From positions 480,001 to 544,000 of the forward strand of contig JALVYU010000026.1 of the NCBI GenBank assembly GCA_027022365.1: DNA of 64,000 bases. Reading direction: 5' to 3'. The notes beneath the pieces were generated by a model. The model was given only the letters and a program-made list of their open reading frames with translations. It did not search any database and was not told the DNA's origin. This document shows positions 1 to 10,052 of the stretch, in pieces (within the stretch, counting starts at the first letter, position 1; the number at the start of each line of letters is the position of its first letter). This stretch comes from Desulfurococcales archaeon. GTDB taxonomy: Archaea; Thermoproteota; Thermoprotei_A; Sulfolobales; Desulfurococcaceae. Both the position numbers and the translations under genes were made by a program.

Positions 1-225
1 CGCATCTTCGATCATTAGGGGCTTCTTCAAATATTTATATGCCTCGATCGCCGCTGTTATGCTTATGTCTTCGAGACTATCTGATTGGATCTCTAATTTG
101 TATCCGGGCTTCATCACTGTTTTGAAGCCTAGGCTTCTGGCAATAGGTAGTACTTCAGTGTATTTGTGTTTATTACCTGTTATGAATAATATTTCAATTT
201 CATCTAGGTTACCTATATCTTTCAT
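1..225 (-). CDS. rdgB: non-canonical purine NTP pyrophosphatase (HAM1/RdgB), 5' part, runs off window
   Basis: Manual translation MKDIGNLDEIEILFITGNKHKYTEV...KLEIQSDSLEDI...PLMIEDA; TGN.HK, EIQ and ED motifs; follows kae1-bud32. Confidence 0.9.
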   Translation of the reverse strand, partial: MKDIGNLDEIEILFITGNKHKYTEVLPIARSLGFKTVMKPGYKLEIQSDSLEDISITAAIEAYKYLKKPLMIEDA

Positions 226-889
226 GTTCCAGCCTCTTTTTCAGTCTTTCCTCAACGTATCTTCCTCTCAGCTTAATCTCATGTACTCTATTCTTAATCT
301 CATGCGCATTTTCTCCATAACCCTCCATATAACCCTGCCAGAAACTTTCAACGAATGATTTGCTTAGCTCTGGTGCCAACGCATTTATACTTCTTTCAAT
401 CAGATGTATATCAATAGCATATTCTTCAATATCAGTGCTATATCCTGCAAGTCCGAAATCGATCAGGAAAATACGGTCGATGTTTTTACTATAGAGGATA
501 TTTGCTAGAGTGAGATCACCGTGATAAATGTTTAAGCGATGCATTTTTCCCACATATTTGCCGAGACGATAGGCGATCGAATTAACAACATCTTTCTTCA
601 ATTGGTAGATTATATCTGATAGCTTCTTACCCGGCACATATTCCATTACGATTATAGAGTTAAATGGATCGACAAAGAGAGGGGCAGGCACTGGTAAGTT
701 TGAAGAATATAGTTTAGAGAGGACTCTTGCCTCCGTTTTTGTCCTTCTTTCCCTAAATAGTCTGTCAAATAATGGGTGTCTATAGGGCTTGCTAATCCTA
801 TGCTTAACTATGAGTTTTGCGTCAAAAACCTCCAAAAGATAGATTTTTGCCTCGGCTCCTTCGCCCAGCAGGGTCAGTCTGGAAGCCAT
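209..889 (-). CDS. bud32: KEOPS kinase Bud32
   Basis: GEGAEA, KHRISKPYRHP, HGDLT, IDFGL motifs; next to kae1. Confidence 0.95.
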   Translation of the reverse strand: MASRLTLLGEGAEAKIYLLEVFDAKLIVKHRISKPYRHPLFDRLFRERRTKTEARVLSKLYSSNLPVPAPLFVDPFNSIIVMEYVPGKKLSDIIYQLKKDVVNSIAYRLGKYVGKMHRLNIYHGDLTLANILYSKNIDRIFLIDFGLAGYSTDIEEYAIDIHLIERSINALAPELSKSFVESFWQGYMEGYGENAHEIKNRVHEIKLRGRYVEERLKKRLEHERYR

Positions 890-1893
890 GGAAGCTCGAC
901 CTCATCGAGACGCCATCTCTGCTTGATAAATGCTTTTTCAGGCTCTATGGTTATACCATGCTCGTATAGTAGCAGGCCTGTATAAGCAATCATGGCTCCA
1001 TTATCTCCGGAAACCTCTGGAGGTGTCCCCTCGTAGCGGGCTCCATGCAGGGCGGCCATTGTATCAAGTTTTTGCCGTAGAACATTGTTGGAAGCAACGC
1101 CCCCAACTAATAATACCTCTCTCTTCCCGGTGAGCAGTAAAGCCCTCTCCGCGACTTCGACGATCATATCGAACGCTGTTTCCCTTAGGCTCAAACAAAT
1201 ATCTCCAAGTTCTTCTCGGGCTTTGATTTTTTCAGCATACTTAAGGCTAGCCGTTAATAGTCCTGAGAAGCTCAGATCTATTCCTTTTACCGTATAGGGT
1301 AGATCTATGAAGCTTTGCCCCCACTCACTACATATGTCAATCTGGTGCTTGCCATTGACAACATATGGCGGAGCCAAACCTACCTCGCGCACGAACGTAT
1401 CGAGGAGATTGCCTAGGGGTATATCTAGAGTTTCTCCTAGAATTCTGTATCTTTTTTTCCTTTGAATAGCGACTAATGTGTTTCCACCAGAGACATATAT
1501 CACTAGAGGATCAGTGAATCCTGCAACAAATTTACCTATCTCTATATGGGCGACGGCATGATTAACAGGTATTAGAGGTTTGGAATAATAGGAGGATAGA
1601 AATCTTGCAAGGGTTGCACCTACACGTAGACAAGGGCCTAGACCAGGACCCAAAGCAACAGCTATGGCATCAACGTCTTTAATGCTTATTCCAGCTTTAT
1701 CCAGGGCAGATTTTAGTACGCGTGGGGCCTCCCTGGCATGGTGTAGGGAAGCCTCGCGGGGATGTATTCCTCCCCTGGCAGGTATGTATTTAGAGTACTC
1801 GTTCGCCAGAATCCTTATCCTATAGTCATTTCGCTGTACAATGCCTACCCCGAATGTATGGCTTGTCGATTCGATCCCTATGACTGTCGTCAA
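874..1893 (-). CDS. kae1: KEOPS t6A synthase Kae1
   Basis: GIESTSHT, GPGLGPCLRVG, NHAVAHIE, VSGGNT, DNGAMIA motifs. Confidence 0.97.
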   Translation of the reverse strand: MTTVIGIESTSHTFGVGIVQRNDYRIRILANEYSKYIPARGGIHPREASLHHAREAPRVLKSALDKAGISIKDVDAIAVALGPGLGPCLRVGATLARFLSSYYSKPLIPVNHAVAHIEIGKFVAGFTDPLVIYVSGGNTLVAIQRKKRYRILGETLDIPLGNLLDTFVREVGLAPPYVVNGKHQIDICSEWGQSFIDLPYTVKGIDLSFSGLLTASLKYAEKIKAREELGDICLSLRETAFDMIVEVAERALLLTGKREVLLVGGVASNNVLRQKLDTMAALHGARYEGTPPEVSGDNGAMIAYTGLLLYEHGITIEPEKAFIKQRWRLDEVELPWLPD

Positions 1894-1987
1894 TTCTTAT
1901 CTACTCTATTCAATGCTATTAGTATTAGTGTCTAATTGGTGTCTGATTAGGAGATAGTTTATCAGAAAACTACTTGATATCTGTTTA

Positions 1988-2158
1988 TTACTTCTTATCT
2001 CTAACGTATTCAACATAACCGCATTTGCCGCAGTGCCATCTGGGAATGGGTTTCTTATGGAATGCCATGAAGCTACCGCATTTGGGGCATTTCTTGTTTT
2101 TTGGCTTTATGGTGCCAGTGTTATAATCGAATTCGTATAGTTTGTGTACGTGGGCCAC
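1988..2158 (-). CDS. rps27ae: 30S ribosomal protein S27ae (56 aa, not in ORF track)
   Basis: Manual translation [56 protein letters not shown]; follows rps24e. Confidence 0.93.
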   Translation of the reverse strand: MAHVHKLYEFDYNTGTIKPKNKKCPKCGSFMAFHKKPIPRWHCGKCGYVEYVRDKK

Positions 2159-2163
2159 CTAGT

Positions 2164-2520
2164 TCACCCCATACCCTGTTCTTTCATCATTTGTTCAAGC
2201 TGGTAGGACTGGGTTGCATATTCGTTTCTTTTAATTACATGTGGTGGCTCGAATGCTTTTGCTCTCTCAGGGCTATCATATATGTGGACTTCAACATTAG
2301 AAACACCCATACCGTATTCTGTATCTATTCTTCTCACATAAACTCTTTCAATATCTACACCATACGCCTTAGCGAGCTCTACACGTATGAGCCCTCTAGA
2401 AGGAGTTGTTCGTCCTATATGTGCTATTCGTACAATAATTTCTTTTCTTCTAATTAGCGGGTTATACCATTCTTTTACTATCTCGGCGGTGTAATCCCCT
2501 AGTTGTAGCTGTTTTCCCAA
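2164..2520 (-). CDS. rps24e: 30S ribosomal protein S24e
   Basis: NPLIRRKE, TPSR, TEYG motifs; synteny. Confidence 0.93.
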   Translation of the reverse strand: MGKQLQLGDYTAEIVKEWYNPLIRRKEIIVRIAHIGRTTPSRGLIRVELAKAYGVDIERVYVRRIDTEYGMGVSNVEVHIYDSPERAKAFEPPHVIKRNEYATQSYQLEQMMKEQGMG

Positions 2521-2524
2521 ACCA

Positions 2525-3070
2525 TTATCCCCCTATTTTATTTTGTTTATCTCTCATTATGGTTCCGGTACTCACCTTATTTAAGAACACTATGTCTGGT
2601 TTAAATCTTTTAAGTAATCGACGTGCTTTAACGGTATCCGAACACGTAATAACCGCTCCATAACCAGGGTATCCATATATGATTATTTTTTTCTCATTGG
2701 TCAGTGAGATGCTCATTGTCAATAGATCCTCTTCTCCGTATACCATGTATTTTTCCTTCTTCAATATTGTAAGGGTTCTAGAGTTCTGGGATACTGTGCC
2801 TTGAGGATTAATGATCAGGATAGAATTGCTCAGATCTACGTCCGAATGCTCATATTTCTTTGTTCTACGTGTTTTGAAATCGATTATTCTGATGTCTCCG
2901 CGGAATTTTTGTGATACTACGTCGCCTACTAGGTAATCACCTCTTATATTGCATGTAAATAATTTACCCGCTTTTTCACTAATGATTAATGTTCCGTGGG
3001 GATAAGCGAAGTAGCTCCGTAGAGTAGTAGGTAGCTTTAAAACAGGTATAGGTATTTTGGGGTTATGCAA
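2525..3070 (-). CDS. DUF359 family GTP-dependent dephospho-CoA kinase
   Basis: VGDVVS, IIDFKTRR, NPQG, GEEDLL, YGYPG motifs; position between spt4 and rps24e. Confidence 0.8.
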   Translation of the reverse strand: MHNPKIPIPVLKLPTTLRSYFAYPHGTLIISEKAGKLFTCNIRGDYLVGDVVSQKFRGDIRIIDFKTRRTKKYEHSDVDLSNSILIINPQGTVSQNSRTLTILKKEKYMVYGEEDLLTMSISLTNEKKIIIYGYPGYGAVITCSDTVKARRLLKRFKPDIVFLNKVSTGTIMRDKQNKIGG

Positions 3071-3269
3071 CCTTGATCGCGTATCTACCAGGTTTTTCTA
3101 TTCCAAGCATTTTAGCAACTAGTGATTTTTCGGGATCAATTATTATTACTACTCCTTCCCATTCATCAGTGAAATCGTTAGAACCACACACCGGGCATAT
3201 TTCTACATCTTTATCTACTAGAGCTTTGCATTTCCTGCATGCTTTGAATGGTTTTCGCTTTATAGGCAA
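3063..3269 (-). CDS. spt4: transcription elongation factor Spt4 (RpoE2)
   Basis: KACRKC...CPVCGS...W.G.VIIIDPEKS...PGRYAIKV. Confidence 0.95.
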   Translation of the reverse strand: MPIKRKPFKACRKCKALVDKDVEICPVCGSNDFTDEWEGVVIIIDPEKSLVAKMLGIEKPGRYAIKVA

Positions 3270-3275
3270 GTATTA

Positions 3276-3815
3276 TCACCCCTTCTTCTTGAGCCATTTG
3301 AGGTTGCCTAGATATGGTTGTCTCATTGTCAGTTGGACTCTTAGGCCTTTGCCTGGAAGCGGTGCAACGTTGTAAACTCTTGCTCTTACTATGTCACCTT
3401 TTTCAATCATTCTCTTAGAGTCTCTGAGTAGAAGCGCAGGGCGTGTGGGATCATATTCTATTCTCTCGTCTGCTATCTGGTTAATGTATATGAATCCATC
3501 AGACGCTCCCAAGTCGACGAATACACCGTTTTTAACAACAGTATTTACTTCTCCCTCTACGACTTCTTTGATGAAAGGATAGAATGCAAGGATGGTAAAT
3601 TCTACTTTATGATATGTTGCACCATCTCCGGGTATTATTTTTCCTTGGGGATCAACGTCGACATCAAATACTGTCACTATAATGCCCATATTTCTCGTTA
3701 TCACGCCTTCATACTTTCTTCTCAGCTCTTCCCACGCCGCGATATCGAGTGGCTTTCCGAACTTGTCAGGCGGTATTCTTACTACATCTCGAACCCTGTA
3801 GATTCTGTAGACCAA
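3276..3815 (-). CDS. rpoE1: RNA polymerase subunit E' (Rpo7)
   Basis: DVVRIPP, PGDGATYH, S1 domain, LTMRQPYLG. Confidence 0.95.
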   Translation of the reverse strand: MVYRIYRVRDVVRIPPDKFGKPLDIAAWEELRRKYEGVITRNMGIIVTVFDVDVDPQGKIIPGDGATYHKVEFTILAFYPFIKEVVEGEVNTVVKNGVFVDLGASDGFIYINQIADERIEYDPTRPALLLRDSKRMIEKGDIVRARVYNVAPLPGKGLRVQLTMRQPYLGNLKWLKKKG

Positions 3816-3903
3816 TTCGTTTCACCGTAATCCATCCTTGTTTAGACACAAATATTATTTACAGTTGAATAAAAACTTAACAATATAATGATTTGTGTGG
3901 CAG

Positions 3904-4311
3904 TTAATACTCTATTCCCTCTACATCAACCATCATTTTTTCTTCACGGAGATATATTTCGGGTATGCCTTCTCTTCTAAGCTTTTTACGTAGTTCTCTA
4001 TCGTTTGTTGCAACGCCACACTTGTTTTCCTTAGCGTAGTATAGGATTAGATCATCTGTAGGCATGTTTTTTATATCTATATTGACTACTTTACAGTACA
4101 TACGCGCTATTTCTAGTGCGAGTCTTGCTGGTTTTGATATACTAGGCTTGTTGGATTTTGCAAGTTTTTCGAGCTCTTTTATAATCGGTGTTAGCACGAT
4201 GTAGTCGGGCTTAGTGTCGATTATGTCCTCGATCTGTTCAAAAACATTGATTCCACGGGCAACGGTCATTAACATATTTGTATCTAACACTATACATGGT
4301 CTTTTCCTCAC
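3904..4311 (-). CDS. PIN-domain protein (Fcf1/Utp24-like)
   Basis: [20 protein letters not shown]; downstream of aIF2g. Confidence 0.85.
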   Translation of the reverse strand: MRKRPCIVLDTNMLMTVARGINVFEQIEDIIDTKPDYIVLTPIIKELEKLAKSNKPSISKPARLALEIARMYCKVVNIDIKNMPTDDLILYYAKENKCGVATNDRELRKKLRREGIPEIYLREEKMMVDVEGIEY

Positions 4312-5555
4312 GGTTTCGCCTCCTCTACGATGCCCCAGCCTGTCAGCCTCCAGCGGCCCAGCACTCTCCTGCTAATGGCTATCCTAGACCCTTCCCAGGC
4401 AACGACAGGATCTCGTAGCTTTAGCTCGATATAGTCGCTGGTTACCCTCATCACTATAGCTAATCGAATCGCCGTTCCCGCGGTTATAACTATTATTTCA
4501 CGAGGCTGTATGGGTTTTACCTGCACCATTTCTTTCATTCCGACAACACGCTGGAGTAATTTATAGTTTACCTTAAGATATGTGACAGGCTCCGGTACTT
4601 TCCCTGGTATGCCCACGACATTTCCTACCAAAGCATCAGCTTTCGTTAACGAAGGATCTAGCTTTGTGCCTATCGCTAATAGTCCTCCTGGTTTCGCCTC
4701 TTCTACTTCTAGGTTTCCGAACCTAAGTGATACTACCTCTGTCACTATAGGTTCGTACTCGTAGCGGCCAGGCGCTATTGGTTTTCTTACACCTGGCCTT
4801 ATTTCGATCTCATCACCGATTCTAAGTACTCCCTGCATCAGAGACCCGCCGATAACTCCTCCCTTTAACTCATCTGGTTTTGTACCTGGTTTGTTCACGT
4901 CAAAGCTTCGTACAACATACATTAGCGGTGGTTTAGATAGTTCTCTCTCCGGTGTTGGAATATATTCTTCGATTGCCTGGAGCAGGACATCTATGTTTGC
5001 TTTATGAAGCGCACTAACAGGTATTATAGGAGCATTTTCGGCCCACGTACCTTTTAAGAACTCCCGTATTTCTTCATAGTTTTTCTTTGCTTGTTCCTTG
5101 GACACGACATCGATCTTGTTCTGCACGACTACCAGGTTTCTAACACCGATAATGTCTAGTGCTACAAAATGCTCGAGAGTCTGTGGCTGGGGGCAGGGCT
5201 CGTTTGCAGCGATTACGAGGAGGGCTCCATCCATAAGTGCCGCTCCGCTAAGCATTGTCGCCATGAGAGCCTCGTGTCCAGGAGCATCTACATAGCTAAC
5301 TCTTCTCAGTAGACGTGACTCCGAACCGTCTGGACACGTTGGTTCCGTAGTATACGCTTCTGGGGGCTCTAGCCCGTCACAATAAGCAATGTTTCCATCA
5401 GCATAGCCCAGCTTAATAGTCATTCCTCTTTTAAGCTCCTCGCTGTGTCTAGCAGTCCATATCCCCGTAAGTGCTTGCACTAATGTTGTCTTCCCATGAT
5501 CAACATGTCCTACTACTCCGATGTTCACTTCGGGTTGTTTTTCTTCCCAAGGCAA
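4308..5555 (-). CDS. eif2g: translation initiation factor 2 gamma
   Basis: [38 protein letters not shown]. Confidence 0.97.
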   Translation of the reverse strand: MPWEEKQPEVNIGVVGHVDHGKTTLVQALTGIWTARHSEELKRGMTIKLGYADGNIAYCDGLEPPEAYTTEPTCPDGSESRLLRRVSYVDAPGHEALMATMLSGAALMDGALLVIAANEPCPQPQTLEHFVALDIIGVRNLVVVQNKIDVVSKEQAKKNYEEIREFLKGTWAENAPIIPVSALHKANIDVLLQAIEEYIPTPERELSKPPLMYVVRSFDVNKPGTKPDELKGGVIGGSLMQGVLRIGDEIEIRPGVRKPIAPGRYEYEPIVTEVVSLRFGNLEVEEAKPGGLLAIGTKLDPSLTKADALVGNVVGIPGKVPEPVTYLKVNYKLLQRVVGMKEMVQVKPIQPREIIVITAGTAIRLAIVMRVTSDYIELKLRDPVVAWEGSRIAISRRVLGRWRLTGWGIVEEAKP

Positions 5556-5672
5556 AACGTATTCACCCCAAATACGATTCTATATGTATTAAACATATTT
5601 TTATGATAGGTTGTAGGAAAAATAGTAGAGCTTATAGCTTCTTGGATTACTGTTACTATATGTGTGATCATG

Positions 5673-6338
5673 CTACTTGTACACGATCTTGGTGTTTATC
5701 TGAACTATATCTTCGGTGATCATATTTCCGCGTACCATTTTTCTACGGCGCTCACCTTTTTCGCGTGGGTGAAATCCTGGCGGGCCTGATAAGAGCACCC
5801 TCTTCTTAACTCCACCCATAACGTCAGGTCTCATAGGAAAACCGCTGTTGTCACTCCCACCAGTTATCTGGACTTTAACGTCCTTAAGCCCCACAAGCTC
5901 TCCATCGAATACGTCACCTATTCTTAAACCAACAATTCTCTTTGTACGTTCATCGTTGACGCGTATCTGCCATGCACGTGCCCTGAAAATCTCGCCTTCT
6001 ATCTCGTTGGTTCCAGTCTTGTTTATAAGAAGCTCAGCGTTAACGTGTGCTTCTGTCTCAGGAACATTATTGTCTATTATAAGTCTCCCTGTTATCTTGA
6101 CTTTATCTTTCGTGTCAGGTTTGATCATTCTTATAGTGGCTATCCCATGTACAGCCTTTATCTTCTCAGCCAATTTAGCGTTAACCTTAATTACTGGTAG
6201 CTCAAAACCCTCTTTCATTTTGTCATTGTACTCGATCTCGCCGTCACCGACGACTTTGACCTTCTCTATAATTTCTAGTTTGGGCGCCTCCGGATCGGAT
6301 ATAACTATCTTGAAGTCGGCCATTTCTTTTTTCACCAC
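5673..6338 (-). CDS. rps6e: 30S ribosomal protein S6e (long crenarchaeal form)
   Basis: FKIVISDP, ITGGSDNSGFPM, GERRRKMVRG. Confidence 0.93.
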   Translation of the reverse strand: MVKKEMADFKIVISDPEAPKLEIIEKVKVVGDGEIEYNDKMKEGFELPVIKVNAKLAEKIKAVHGIATIRMIKPDTKDKVKITGRLIIDNNVPETEAHVNAELLINKTGTNEIEGEIFRARAWQIRVNDERTKRIVGLRIGDVFDGELVGLKDVKVQITGGSDNSGFPMRPDVMGGVKKRVLLSGPPGFHPREKGERRRKMVRGNMITEDIVQINTKIVYK

Positions 6339-6463
6339 CAGTTGCCCGGTGGTTGTTTCAAACCTATCGGTATATAGGGGTATTTATATTGCTAGGTCTA
6401 ACCGGTACAGGCTTAATAATATACTTAGTATATAAAGGCGTTGGAACATAGGCGGATAAGGGG

Positions 6464-8290
6464 ATGGTCATGATGTCAAGTACCGGAAAAACCACCAAGC
6501 AATGGGTGAGACAGCCGATAGTTGTTGTTCTGGGGCATGTTGACCACGGTAAAACCACCTTACTCGACAAGATAAGAGGTACAACTGTCGCTAAGAAAGA
6601 GCCTGGTGAGATAACACAGCATGTTGGTGCAAGTATTGTTCCGGCGTCTGTACTGGAGAAGGTAGCGAAGCCTCTAAGGAAATACTTTCCAAAGCTCAAA
6701 ATAGAGATCCCGGGCCTGTTATTTATTGATACTCCTGGCCACGAACTCTTTACTAACCTGCGTAAGAGAGGGGGTAGTGTAGCTGATATAGCGATCCTAA
6801 TAGTAGATGTTTTGGAGGGTTTCCAGCCCCAAACATGGGAAAGTATAGAGATACTTAAGGAGAAAAGAGTACCATTTATTGTGGCAGCAAACAAGATTGA
6901 TCGTCTATCGGGATGGCGTCCTAACCCTGACACTCCTTTCCTAGAAACTATTAGGAAGCAGGATCCACGGGTAGTTAGTAGACTGGATGAACTGATTTAT
7001 AGGCTCGTGGGCCAATTATATGAAGCAGGATTTATGGCTGAAAGATTTGATCGCGTGAAAGACTTCAGAAGAACAGTTGCTATAGTGCCTATTTCTGCTA
7101 AGACAGGAGAAGGTGTTCCAGAGCTACTTGCACTTCTGGTAGGTCTAGTACAGCAGTTCATGAAGAAAAAACTCGTAACTAGCAGCGAGCCGGCCAAGGG
7201 CGTCGTCCTCGAAGTTAAAGAAGAGCCGGGACTCGGAACAACAATAGATGTCATTATCTACGACGGCGTCCTTAGGAAAGGAGACATAATAGTTGTTGGC
7301 GGTAAAGGTGAAGCCATAGTTACTAAGGTCAGAGCACTCCTAATGCCACGACCCTTGCAGGACATGCGTGCACATGAGGGCAAGTTCAGACAGGTAGAAG
7401 AAGTAGTCGCAGCTACCGGTGTCAAGATATCGGCCCCCAATCTTGAAGGGGTGCTTGCAGGATCACCAGTATTTGTAGTACCTAGCGAACAATTGATCGA
7501 AGAATACAAGAAGAAAGTATTGGAAGAGATAGAATCTATCAGGATTAAGACAGACAACATAGGTGTTGTTGTTAAAGCCGATACCCTAGGCACACTCGAA
7601 GCCGTTGTCGAAGCGCTCAAAAGAGAGAACATACCGGTCAGGCTCGCAGATGTAGGACCGGTATCAAAGAACGATGTTATCGAGGCCTCTGTCACGCTTA
7701 AACAGAACAAGCTATATGGTGTCGTCATAGCATTCAACGTCAAGATCCTTCCCGAAGCAGAGGAGTTGGCAAGACGTGAGGGTGTAAAAATATTTGAGCA
7801 CAATGTCATCTATAGATTGATCGAAGAGTACACACAATGGGTTAGAAAGATAAAAGAAGAAGAGAAACGTAAGGAACTCGAATCTCTTATACGCCCCGGC
7901 AAAATAAGGATACTCCCAGGCTATGTGTTTAGGAGAAGTAACCCGGCCATCGTCGGCATTGAGGTACTTGGCGGCGTGATAAAGCCGGGATACCCGGTAA
8001 TGAGAAGTGATGGTCATAGATTAGGAGTTATAATGCAGATCAGAGACCGTGACAATGTCTTGAGAGAAGCCAGAGCGGGTCAAGCCGTTGCAATAAGCAT
8101 TAGGGGCAAGATACTTATTGGTAGGCATGTTGACGAAGGAGATATATTGTATACCGATATACCCAAGGAACACGCACGGCTATGGCTAACCAAGTATAAA
8201 AGCGAATTGAGTGACGATGAGAAAATGGTGTTGAACGAAATAATAAAGATCAAGAAGAAACAAGATCCATTCTATGGTTTGGTGTTCTAG
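6464..8290 (+). CDS. infB: translation initiation factor aIF5B/IF-2
   Basis: [34 protein letters not shown]. Confidence 0.97.
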   Translation: MVMMSSTGKTTKQWVRQPIVVVLGHVDHGKTTLLDKIRGTTVAKKEPGEITQHVGASIVPASVLEKVAKPLRKYFPKLKIEIPGLLFIDTPGHELFTNLRKRGGSVADIAILIVDVLEGFQPQTWESIEILKEKRVPFIVAANKIDRLSGWRPNPDTPFLETIRKQDPRVVSRLDELIYRLVGQLYEAGFMAERFDRVKDFRRTVAIVPISAKTGEGVPELLALLVGLVQQFMKKKLVTSSEPAKGVVLEVKEEPGLGTTIDVIIYDGVLRKGDIIVVGGKGEAIVTKVRALLMPRPLQDMRAHEGKFRQVEEVVAATGVKISAPNLEGVLAGSPVFVVPSEQLIEEYKKKVLEEIESIRIKTDNIGVVVKADTLGTLEAVVEALKRENIPVRLADVGPVSKNDVIEASVTLKQNKLYGVVIAFNVKILPEAEELARREGVKIFEHNVIYRLIEEYTQWVRKIKEEEKRKELESLIRPGKIRILPGYVFRRSNPAIVGIEVLGGVIKPGYPVMRSDGHRLGVIMQIRDRDNVLREARAGQAVAISIRGKILIGRHVDEGDILYTDIPKEHARLWLTKYKSELSDDEKMVLNEIIKIKKKQDPFYGLVF

Positions 8291-8294
8291 CCGA

Positions 8295-8723
8295 TCACCA
8301 GTCAATTATTTCTTCCTCGCTAAATATAACCCTAATCTCTCTTTCAGCGCTTTCCGGGCTATCGCTAGCATGTACTACATTCTCTGACTTTGAGAGAGCG
8401 TAGTCGCCCCTAATAGTCCCAGGAGGCGCTTCCCTACCATCGGTAGGCCCTATCATCAATCTTACAACAGATATTGCCTTATCTCCTTCGAGAACCATTG
8501 CTATTATCGGTCCAGACGTCATGAATTCTATTAGGGACTCAAAGAACGGTTTCCCTTTATGAACGGAATAGAATTCCTCTGCTTTCTCTCGAGTAAGCCA
8601 CAACATTTTCAGAGCTTTGATCTTGAGTCCTTTCTTTTCAAACCTCGATATTATCTCACCTATAAGCCTGCGACGCACACCGTCGGGTTTTATAAGAACC
8701 AATGTTCGCTCCATGTTTTTCAC
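8295..8723 (-). CDS. ndk: nucleoside diphosphate kinase
   Basis: [26 protein letters not shown]. Confidence 0.97.
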   Translation of the reverse strand: MKNMERTLVLIKPDGVRRRLIGEIISRFEKKGLKIKALKMLWLTREKAEEFYSVHKGKPFFESLIEFMTSGPIIAMVLEGDKAISVVRLMIGPTDGREAPPGTIRGDYALSKSENVVHASDSPESAEREIRVIFSEEEIIDW

Positions 8724-8839
8724 CAGTAATATGACGTATTATTTTGAGTTTTAGAATATTTTTCGGTAAATGAATAGAAGTTATTTGTCCAAATAGGGTA
8801 TTGTTAGGCATGATAAACAGGATATATTGAAACAGTAGC

Positions 8840-9028
8840 TTATCTCATCTGCTTACCGTACTTCAGCGTCCACTTTAGCTTTCTAGGATCTCTCCTCAAT
8901 ACCAAGTAGTTCTTGTAACATTTCCTGCTACAGAACCATAGGATGGAACCATCATTGAGAATATACATTAGTCCTGTACCAGGCTCTATTTCCTTGCCAC
9001 AGAAGCTGCATCGTGTTAGCCTTGGCAA
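8840..9028 (-). CDS. rpl24e: 50S ribosomal protein L24e
   Basis: CSFCG.EIEPGTG...FCSRKC...PRKLKWT. Confidence 0.95.
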   Translation of the reverse strand: MPRLTRCSFCGKEIEPGTGLMYILNDGSILWFCSRKCYKNYLVLRRDPRKLKWTLKYGKQMR

Positions 9029-9165
9029 TTCTTTTCACCTTTCCATACCATCTTATCAACTACGGAGTGGTTTAGGATTTTTTATCCTTTTAAGCTTTGC
9101 CACAAATCTTATAAAAATGGCTTCTCTGGTAAGTATGAGTGAGCTAGGATTAATGATATAAAATA

Positions 9166-9441
9166 TTGGTGTTGACCATGTCGGAAGAGAAAAACAAGAT
9201 CTATGTAGAGCAGCCAGAAATAAATGTAACAGAGGAGATAGGCTTCCCAGCAGAAGTTATACAGATTATTGGTAGAACAGGCGTTACTGGCGAGATCACC
9301 CAGGTCAGAGTTAGAGTACTTGAGGGAAGAGATAAGGGTAGAATAATCACTAGGAACGTTAAAGGCCCTGTAAGACTAGGCGATATCTTAATACTGCGTG
9401 AAACCGAGCGTGAAGCTAGAAAGCTCTCTGGTAGGCGATAG
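9166..9441 (+). CDS. rps28e: 30S ribosomal protein S28e (start may be ATG 9178)
   Basis: [32 protein letters not shown]. Confidence 0.95.
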   Translation: MVLTMSEEKNKIYVEQPEINVTEEIGFPAEVIQIIGRTGVTGEITQVRVRVLEGRDKGRIITRNVKGPVRLGDILILRETEREARKLSGRR

Positions 9442-9588
9442 TGAATATTTTATTAGTATAATTTGTTGTCACTCATTATTAGTGAGAATGTTTGAACAAT
9501 ATTCTTCTTCGTTATCCGAGAATAGAAAACGGGATAATGAAGATTTCCAAAAAGCTTTATTGAGTATTAGATGGTTTCTTTAACTAGA

Positions 9589-9975
9589 TTACTTAGCGGC
9601 CTTAGCCTTGAGTTCCTGTACCTGTCTAATTATTTCTTCTACAAGATCCTTGGCTCCAGCAGGATCAATTATTGCTGCACTAGCTGCCGCAACCTCTATT
9701 CCAGCAGCTTCGCCTAGCCTCTTCTTGCTTGGCACGTAGACGTAGGGTATCTTCTTTTCCTCGCATAGAAGTGGTAGGTGTGCAACAATCTCCGGCGGAT
9801 CAACGTCTTCTGCTATTGCAACAAGTTTTGCCAGACCTCTTTCTACAGCCTTGGTTGTTTCGTTGGTGCCTTTCTTTATCTTGCCGCCTGTTTCTCGCGC
9901 CTTCTTGAAGGCTTCATATACCTTTTCAGCCAGTTCTTCGGGTACCTCGAATCTTACATAGAACGGTTTGGACAT
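9589..9975 (-). CDS. rpl7ae: 50S ribosomal protein L7Ae
   Basis: [28 protein letters not shown]. Confidence 0.97.
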   Translation of the reverse strand: MSKPFYVRFEVPEELAEKVYEAFKKARETGGKIKKGTNETTKAVERGLAKLVAIAEDVDPPEIVAHLPLLCEEKKIPYVYVPSKKRLGEAAGIEVAAASAAIIDPAGAKDLVEEIIRQVQELKAKAAK

Positions 9976-9982
9976 GCTTCAT

Positions 9983-10008
9983 CCTCCTCCCGGTTAGGTC
10001 GTCTGGTC
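9983..10008 (-). promoter_or_regulatory. possible K-turn in rpl7ae 5' leader overlapping the SD
   Basis: Minus strand CC-AGAC-GA-CC-UAACC-GG-GA-GG places tandem GA pairs over GGAGG. Confidence 0.4.
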
Positions 10009-10052
10009 TAAAGCTACTGTTTATATCTGGGTATATTAATGTTTTGATAGTT

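Noticed and set aside
5673-6338. S6e about 90 aa longer than the euryarchaeal form
   Set aside because: Long S6e is a known crenarchaeal trait; no intein motifs
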